21,654 nt of DNA, from positions 1 to 21,654 of the forward strand of contig JANNXQ010000028.1 in NCBI GenBank assembly GCA_031409655.1, read 5' to 3'. Shown piece by piece: positions 16,266 through 21,654 of the stretch. The notes beneath the pieces are model-generated. The model was not told the DNA's origin and searched no databases. It saw nothing but the letters and a program-made list of their open reading frames with translations. The first letter of the stretch is position 1. Every line of letters starts with the position of its first letter. The position numbers and the translations under genes are program-made. Origin of the DNA: Chthoniobacteraceae bacterium (GTDB lineage Bacteria > Verrucomicrobiota > Verrucomicrobiia > Chthoniobacterales > Chthoniobacteraceae).

Positions 16266-16721
16266 TCAGAAGTATGGCGCGGGAAGCGGGAAGGCGTCGC
16301 GGATGACGCTGATCTCCGAGCTTCCGTCCCGCACGAGGACCTCGACGACGTCGAAGCGGTAGTTGATCTCGGGATTATCCAGCAGGCGCAGCCAGGCGAG
16401 GGCGCCGCGGGCGATGAGCTTTTGCTTCGCCAGATCGACCGCTTCGCCGGGGGTGCCGAAGTCCGTGCCCTGCCGAGTTTTCACCTCCACGAAGACCAGC
16501 GTGTCGCAGGTCCTGTCGCGGCAGACGAGGTCCACTTCGCCGCCGCCTTTGGCGCGGAAATTCCGGTAGAGAATCTTGTAGCGCTGCGCGCGCAGATGCC
16601 GCTCGGCGAGGCGTTCTCCGCGGAGTCCGAGGCGGTGCCTCAGATCCCCGGGATCACGCCGAAAGCCGCAGCGCGTGCGCCACAGGTGCGAAAGACCGCC
16701 GATGAATCGGGCAAGGGCCAT
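16266..16721 (-). CDS. yraN: YraN family (UPF0102) predicted endonuclease
   Basis: LGLRGERLA..YKILYRNFR..GEVDLV..LVFVEVKTR..EAVD..KQ..RFDVV; downstream of rnhB. Start uncertain (68-bp overlap with rnhB). Confidence 0.88.
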   Translation of the reverse strand: MALARFIGGLSHLWRTRCGFRRDPGDLRHRLGLRGERLAERHLRAQRYKILYRNFRAKGGGEVDLVCRDRTCDTLVFVEVKTRQGTDFGTPGEAVDLAKQKLIARGALAWLRLLDNPEINYRFDVVEVLVRDGSSEISVIRDAFPLPAPYF

Positions 16722-17274
16722 GAGCTTGGAGTTGGGCGAGGTGCTGCGGGGTGCCGTAGCCTTTGTGCTGGGCGAAGCCGTAGTGCGGGTGCCGCGCGTC
16801 CCATTCGTGCATCAGCCGGTCGCGCGTGACCTTGGCCAGCACGCTCGCGGCGGCGATGCTGAGACTGCGACCATCGCCACCGACGAGCGCCGTCTGGGAG
16901 TGGGGAAATGGGTGGACGGGCAGGCCGTCGATGAGCACATGACAGGGCTGGACGGCGAGGCCGAGCGCGGCGCGACGCATCGCCTCGTGCGTCGCGCGGA
17001 GGATATTCAGCCGGTCGATTTCGCCGGCATCGACCACGGCCACCGCCCAAACCACCGCCCCATGGGCCGTCAGTTCGGCAAAAAGCCGCTCGCGCTTCCG
17101 CGCGCTGAGCTGCTTCGAGTCGTTGAGTTCGGCGTGCGAAAAGTCGCTCGGCAAAATCACCGCGGCCGCGACGACCGGTCCCGCAAGGGGGCCTCGACCC
17201 GCTTCATCGATGCCCGCGATGCGCAGAGCGCCGCGGGCGTAGAGTTCGCGTTCGTGGTCCAGATTGCAGGCCAT
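16654..17274 (-). CDS. rnhB: Ribonuclease HII
   Basis: AGIDEAGRGPLAGPVVAAA, LNDSKQL, NILRAT, LIDG, SIAAASVLAKVTRD, HKGYGT and IHRRSFAP. Confidence 0.97.
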   Translation of the reverse strand: MACNLDHERELYARGALRIAGIDEAGRGPLAGPVVAAAVILPSDFSHAELNDSKQLSARKRERLFAELTAHGAVVWAVAVVDAGEIDRLNILRATHEAMRRAALGLAVQPCHVLIDGLPVHPFPHSQTALVGGDGRSLSIAAASVLAKVTRDRLMHEWDARHPHYGFAQHKGYGTPQHLAQLQAHGPCPIHRRSFAPVAHALRLSA

Positions 17275-17309
17275 AGCGAAAGCCTCAATCCAAACTCACC
17301 ATCGGGAAC

Positions 17310-17681
17310 TTAAGCGTTCACCTTTTCCCGAACGGCCATGGCCGACTTACCCTTGCGGTTGCGCAGGTAGTTCAGCTTCGCGCGGCGGGCCGTGCCGGCG
17401 ACCTCGACTTCCACCTTCGAGATCCGGGGCGAGTGCAGTGGGAAGACGCGCTCGACACCTTCGCCATAACTGATCCGGCGCACGGTGAAGGTCGAGTTCA
17501 GCAGCGAACCCTTCTTGCCGATGACGATGCCGGTGAAAATCTGGATGCGTTCCTTGACCTTGCCATCCTTCTCGACGCCTTCCCGGACGATGGTATGCAC
17601 GCGCACGCTGTCGCCCACATTGAACTTCGTGACCTCAGGCTTCATTTGTTCCTTTTGGATTTTATCGATGATGTTGGACAT
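17310..17681 (-). CDS. rplS: 50S ribosomal protein L19
   Basis: C-terminal 123 aa of the 795-aa track ORF: FNVGDSVRVH..KERIQIFTGIVI..TFTVRRISYGEGVERVFPLHSP..RRAKLNYLR. Start is ATG 17681. Confidence 0.97.
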   Translation of the reverse strand: MSNIIDKIQKEQMKPEVTKFNVGDSVRVHTIVREGVEKDGKVKERIQIFTGIVIGKKGSLLNSTFTVRRISYGEGVERVFPLHSPRISKVEVEVAGTARRAKLNYLRNRKGKSAMAVREKVNA

Positions 17682-17717
17682 GGCGCGCGGCGGGTTGGTT
17701 TTGAAAAAGGGAGGGGA

Positions 17718-17745
17718 GGAATAGCCGAATCCTCTCCCGACGCAA
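17718..17745 (-). promoter_or_regulatory. Possible promoter of rplS-rnhB-yraN
   Basis: Minus strand TTGCGT, 16 bp spacer, TATTCC; same spacing as the rpsO candidate. Weak match. Confidence 0.3.
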
Positions 17746-17831
17746 TCAGAATGTGTCGCCTCGATCGAGGCCGTCTCCGACCGCTGCCGGCTTGCCATTC
17801 CCCGTTTCAGCGGCACGTTCTGCGGCCTTTC

Positions 17832-18305
17832 ATGGATTTCATCGATCTCAATAGTGACAGCTACTTTATGGGCGAGGCCCTGCGCCAGGCCCGCCGGGCG
17901 TGGGAGACGGACGAAGTGCCCGTGGGCGCGATCATCGTCCATGAAGGGCAGATCATCGCCCGCGCTCATAATCAGGTGGAACTGCTGAAGGACGCCACGG
18001 CCCATGCCGAAATGCTCGCGATCACCCAGGCCGAGAGCGTCATCGGCGACTGGCGGCTGCACGAGTGCGATCTCTATGTGACGAAGGAACCCTGCCCGAT
18101 GTGCGCCGGCGCTCTGGTCCATGTCCGGATGAGGCGGGTCATTTTTGGCTGTCCGTCGATCAAGGACGGCGCGGGCGGCAGCCTCCTGAATCTGCTCCAG
18201 CATCCCGGGCTCAACCATCGCTGCGACGTTACCCACGGGGTGCGGATGGACGAGTGTGCGGCGATGCTCCAGGCCTTTTTCCGCGAGCGACGGGCGGAAA
18301 TTTGA
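17832..18305 (+). CDS. tadA: tRNA adenosine(34) deaminase
   Basis: FMGEAL..DEVPVGAIIV..AHN..DATAHAEMLAI..WRL..LYVTKEPCPMCAGA..R..FG..LQAFFRERR. Start is ATG 17832. Confidence 0.93.
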   Translation: MDFIDLNSDSYFMGEALRQARRAWETDEVPVGAIIVHEGQIIARAHNQVELLKDATAHAEMLAITQAESVIGDWRLHECDLYVTKEPCPMCAGALVHVRMRRVIFGCPSIKDGAGGSLLNLLQHPGLNHRCDVTHGVRMDECAAMLQAFFRERRAEI

Positions 18306-18401
18306 AAGCACCCGAGCCCACGATTCGCCGCGAGCGAATCCTTCCCCGTTTGCGCCGACGCTGCTAACGTCCCGCCACTCCCAGCAGAAAGCCCCTCTCC
18401 C

Positions 18402-20129
18402 ATGGACGCACCCAATTCGCCAAAAAACCGTGTTTCGAGACCCTCGATCCATCCCACCACGCTCAAGCTTTTCCTGGGCGTTGGTTTTCTCCTGCTCGCG
18501 GGTCTGCTCGGCGCGGGCGGATGGAAGGCTTTCAAGGTCATCCGCGAAAACCGGGTGATGTCGCGCGCGCGGGCGTTCATCCAGGCCAAGGACTACACCC
18601 AGGCCGCGATGACGCTCCAATGGGCGCTGCAGATGAACCCGCAAAACGTGGAAGCGGCGAAGTTGCTCGCGAATACCGCGGAGCAGGGCAATGCGAAGGA
18701 CGCCGTTCAGATACGGCGCAAAGTGGCCGAACTCGATCCGAAGGATGAGAAGAACTACCTCGCCTGGGCGGAGCTGGCGCTGAAGAAGGGCGATACTGCG
18801 AATGCCAAACTCGCGCTCGACGGGATGCGCGATGCGAGCCTGGAAAATGGCGCCTACTGGGATGCCCGGGCGCGTCTGGCCGATGCCACAGGGCGTCCCG
18901 AAGACATCGAATCGGCGATGGCCCAGGCCGTGCGCCTGGAGCCGACGAACGCACTTTACCGCCTGCGCCTTGCTTCCATGCAACTCGGCGGAATCAATAA
19001 AAACGCCCACGCCGAGGCGCTCGCCACCACCGAGGAGCTGACCTCCGATCCCGCGACCCGCCGCGCGGCGCTGCGCGTGCTCCTTTACCACGCGCTCGGG
19101 ACCCGCGATTCCAACAAGGCCATCGAGGTCGCCGGCCGTCTGCTGAAAGCGCCCGAGGCCGTCTTTGAAGATCGGCTGGTCTATCTCGGCATCATGCAAA
19201 AGGCGAAGCGCTGGGAATTCTGGTGGGAGCTCGGCGTCCTCGAGGCGATGCCCAATCCGGACCCCTTCCAGCTCACCGAAGTCCTCCGCTGGCTCGTGCG
19301 CAATGGCCTCTCGCAGGTCGCCGCCGACTGGGGTCGGCGGATGTCCAATGAGCGCCGGCTGCGCGCCCCCGTCTCCATCGCACTTTCGGAAGCGCACACC
19401 ATCCTCCAGGATTGGGAAGGCCTCCGCCCGCTGGTCAAGGCGGGCGAATGGGGCGATCTCGATTTCCAGCGCCACGCCCTCCTCGCACGCGTCCTCCGGG
19501 AGCAAAACGATGAGCCTGGAAGCCGCGCCCAGTGGAATACCGCGGTGACCGCCGCCAGCGACCGGGAGGACGCCCTGGCCACCCTGGTCGGCCTTTCGCT
19601 CCGCTGGAAATGGCTCGACGAACACAACGCCCTCCTCTGGGTCATCGCCCGCACCGACAAGAACCCCAAGTGGGCGCTCGACCAGCTCCTCCGGCAATAT
19701 CTGAACGAAGGGAAAACCCGCGAGCTGCTCTCCCTTTTCAATCGCTACCTGGAAGTCGATCCGAAGGACGCCGAAGCGAAGAACAACGTGGCCTACGCTT
19801 CGCTCCTGCTAAATACGGATCTCAAACGTGCCCAAACCCTCGCAGCGGAGGCCTACCAGAAGGATCCCGCCAATCCGGGTTTCGCTTCAACTTACGCCTT
19901 TGCGCTGAACTTCGCGGGCAAGCCGCAGGACGGGATGAAAATCATCCAGGGCATCCCCGAACTGGAACGCACCGTGCCCGCCAATGCCTTGAGCTGCGGC
20001 CTCGTCCTCGCCGCAAATGGCATGAAGGACGAAGCCCGGAAATATCTCGACCGCGCCGCTGCCGGAAAGCTCTTGCCGCAGGAAAAACTGCTCCTCTCCA
20101 AAGCGATCGAAAAGCTGGGCGCGAAATAG
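18402..20129 (+). CDS. Membrane-anchored TPR-repeat protein of unknown function
   Basis: N-terminal hydrophobic segment LFLGVGFLLLAGLLGAGGW. TPR-type turns ALQMNPQN, AELDPKD, VRLEPTN, LEVDPKDAEAKNNVAY and AYQKDPAN. Confidence 0.8.
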   Translation: MDAPNSPKNRVSRPSIHPTTLKLFLGVGFLLLAGLLGAGGWKAFKVIRENRVMSRARAFIQAKDYTQAAMTLQWALQMNPQNVEAAKLLANTAEQGNAKDAVQIRRKVAELDPKDEKNYLAWAELALKKGDTANAKLALDGMRDASLENGAYWDARARLADATGRPEDIESAMAQAVRLEPTNALYRLRLASMQLGGINKNAHAEALATTEELTSDPATRRAALRVLLYHALGTRDSNKAIEVAGRLLKAPEAVFEDRLVYLGIMQKAKRWEFWWELGVLEAMPNPDPFQLTEVLRWLVRNGLSQVAADWGRRMSNERRLRAPVSIALSEAHTILQDWEGLRPLVKAGEWGDLDFQRHALLARVLREQNDEPGSRAQWNTAVTAASDREDALATLVGLSLRWKWLDEHNALLWVIARTDKNPKWALDQLLRQYLNEGKTRELLSLFNRYLEVDPKDAEAKNNVAYASLLLNTDLKRAQTLAAEAYQKDPANPGFASTYAFALNFAGKPQDGMKIIQGIPELERTVPANALSCGLVLAANGMKDEARKYLDRAAAGKLLPQEKLLLSKAIEKLGAK

Positions 20130-20215
20130 GACGCGCATTTTTCGCGGCTCTTTTTCACCTGCCAAATCTTCGTCCCTTTTATCCCGCCGTTCAGCGGATT
20201 TACTCTCCACTTTCC

Positions 20216-21517
20216 ATGAGATCCACCATCGCCCCCCTTGCCTGCCTCGCCTTCGCCCTGACCGTCCCAGCCGTGCTCGCCGGCGATTGGCCGCAGTGGC
20301 GGGGTCCGAATCGCGACGCAGCGATCATCGACAAAGCCCACCAGATCTCATCGTTCCCCGCTGATCCGCAGAACGTCTGGAAACTTTCCGCCGGAGAGGG
20401 TCACGCATCGCCCGTCGTCGCCAGCGGGAAGGTCGTCTATCTCGACTCCAAGGACGGCCACGAAACCGCGCACTGCGTCGCCATCGCCACGGGCAAGGAA
20501 ATCTGGAGCGTGGCAGTGGGGCCGCTCGTGGAGTTTTCGAACTATGGCTCGGGGCCGCGCTGCACCCCGCTTATCGACGGCGATCGCGTCTATGCGCAGT
20601 CGAGCGGCGGCGAGTTCCGCTGCCTGGCCCTCGCGGACGGGGAGACGATTTGGAAGAAAAGTTTTGCTGACGACTACGGCGTCACCTTCCTCGGCAATCG
20701 CAGCAACGATCCCGCCGCCAAGGAGACCGCCTCGCGCCGCCACGGGCACAATGGCAGCGCGGCCATCGACGGAGATCGCATCTTCGTCCCCGTGGGCAGT
20801 GTGGATGGCGCGACGCTCGTCGCCTTTGACAAGAAGACCGGCAAGGAACTCTGGCGCGCCGGCACCGACAACACCGCCTACTCCTCCGTGATGGCGGGCA
20901 CCATCGCGGGAGTGAAACAAGCGGTACATCTCAATGCCGACGCGCTCATGGGCGTGGATGCAGCGACGGGAAAGATCCTCTGGCGCGAACCGGTGAAGAC
21001 CGGCGCGAAACGGCACGCCTGCACGCCGCTGCTGGCCGGCGACACCGTCACGATCACTTCCACTAGCATCGGCACCATTCGCTTTCGCATCGTGAAGGCG
21101 GGCGCGGAATTCAAGGTCGAGAAGATGTGGGAGAACACAGCCTGCAAGACCGTCATCGGCACGCCCACACTCGTCGGGAAGTATCTCTACACCGTCGGAC
21201 CCACGTCGGGAAAAAACTCGCCGCTGACCTGCCTCGACTTTGAGACCGGCAAGGAAATGTGGTCGCAGCCCGGACTCGAAGACTACGCCAGCGTCACCGG
21301 CGTGAACGATAAACTGCTCGTCCACAAATCCAACGGCGAACTCATCCTAGTGAACGCCAATCCCGCGAAGTACGAAGAACTCGGGCGCGCTTCGGTGGGT
21401 GGCAAAACCTGGTCCAGCCCGGCTTACGTGGACGGCGTGCTTTTCGTCAAAGACGACAAAAACGTAACCGCGCTGGTCATCGCTCCGAAGGTGCCACTTT
21501 CGAAGACGCTTCCCTGA
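20216..21517 (+). CDS. Exported PQQ-binding-like (BamB-like) beta-propeller protein
   Basis: Signal peptide MRSTIAPLACLAFALTVPAVLA, then DWPQWRGPNRD, repeated TGKEIW/TGKELW/TGKILW/TGKEMW blades and TWSSPA. Start is ATG 20216. Confidence 0.88.
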   Translation: MRSTIAPLACLAFALTVPAVLAGDWPQWRGPNRDAAIIDKAHQISSFPADPQNVWKLSAGEGHASPVVASGKVVYLDSKDGHETAHCVAIATGKEIWSVAVGPLVEFSNYGSGPRCTPLIDGDRVYAQSSGGEFRCLALADGETIWKKSFADDYGVTFLGNRSNDPAAKETASRRHGHNGSAAIDGDRIFVPVGSVDGATLVAFDKKTGKELWRAGTDNTAYSSVMAGTIAGVKQAVHLNADALMGVDAATGKILWREPVKTGAKRHACTPLLAGDTVTITSTSIGTIRFRIVKAGAEFKVEKMWENTACKTVIGTPTLVGKYLYTVGPTSGKNSPLTCLDFETGKEMWSQPGLEDYASVTGVNDKLLVHKSNGELILVNANPAKYEELGRASVGGKTWSSPAYVDGVLFVKDDKNVTALVIAPKVPLSKTLP

Positions 21518-21654
21518 GCCGCCTGGGAGCGGCCCCCGGCCCCGGCGCCGCGAACGCAAAATGCGAGCCCCCCAGTTTTAGGCCGGCCAGAATTTTTTGT
21601 GGGGGCGGGGCGGGGTGAAGCATTAGCACCGGCGGGGGGGGGGCGCACACCGCC

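Noticed and set aside
16266..16721. YraN plus GxxExxY as a two-nuclease defence system
   Set aside because: yraN is in its usual housekeeping position next to rnhB, over 4 kb away on the opposite strand; nothing links the two.
17310..19697. 795-aa ORF that looks like a giant L19 fusion
   Set aside because: Only the last 123 aa are L19. The rest is antisense to tadA and the TPR gene, and a proper ATG exists at 17681.
20119..20142. GCGCG/CGCGC stem plus T-run after the TPR gene
   Set aside because: Only a 5-bp stem with an 8-nt loop overlapping the stop; too weak to call a terminator.
14106..20215. N-terminal extensions of track ORFs starting at 14106, 15137, 17433 and 19532
   Set aside because: They overlap neighbouring real genes. 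Family-typical starts are at 14400, 15428, 17832 and 20216.
21518..21654. G-run-rich tail (possible G-quadruplex or terminator)
   Set aside because: Homopolymer-rich sequence at the very end of the window may be low-quality contig end; no clean stem plus U-tract.

Overview
GC-rich bacterial window whose gene content and intergenic style suggest a Verrucomicrobia/PVC-type genome (inference). Left (minus strand): a tightly coupled operon encoding a NuoE-NuoF-like fused flavoprotein, a multi-Fe-S protein with two cyclic-nucleotide-binding domains between a NuoG/FdhA-like N-terminus and a DmsB-like 4x[4Fe-4S] C-terminus, an exported TPR-CHAT (caspase-like) protease, and the first 14 codons of a probable fourth gene. 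Middle (plus strand): rpsO-pnp with a highly structured intergenic region and a terminator, then a sugar-acid operon (uxaE-like epimerase, IolO/DTE-like epimerase, FucU-like mutarotase, aldo-keto reductase, Zn-dehydrogenase, lactonase). That operon is interrupted by a GxxExxY nuclease-like gene bracketed by inverted tandem repeats, and two more of its junctions carry short-period repeat arrays. Right: yraN-rnhB-rplS (minus), then tadA, a membrane-anchored TPR protein and a PQQ-like beta-propeller protein (plus). Best candidates for undescribed biology: (1) a putative cNMP-gated NAD(P)H electron wire linked to a CHAT protease; (2) a family of inverted tandem-repeat cassettes seen in loaded, empty and half-site states; (3) an L-hexose oxidation route that appears to exit through UxaE. 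All calls come from motif reading by eye; no searches were run.
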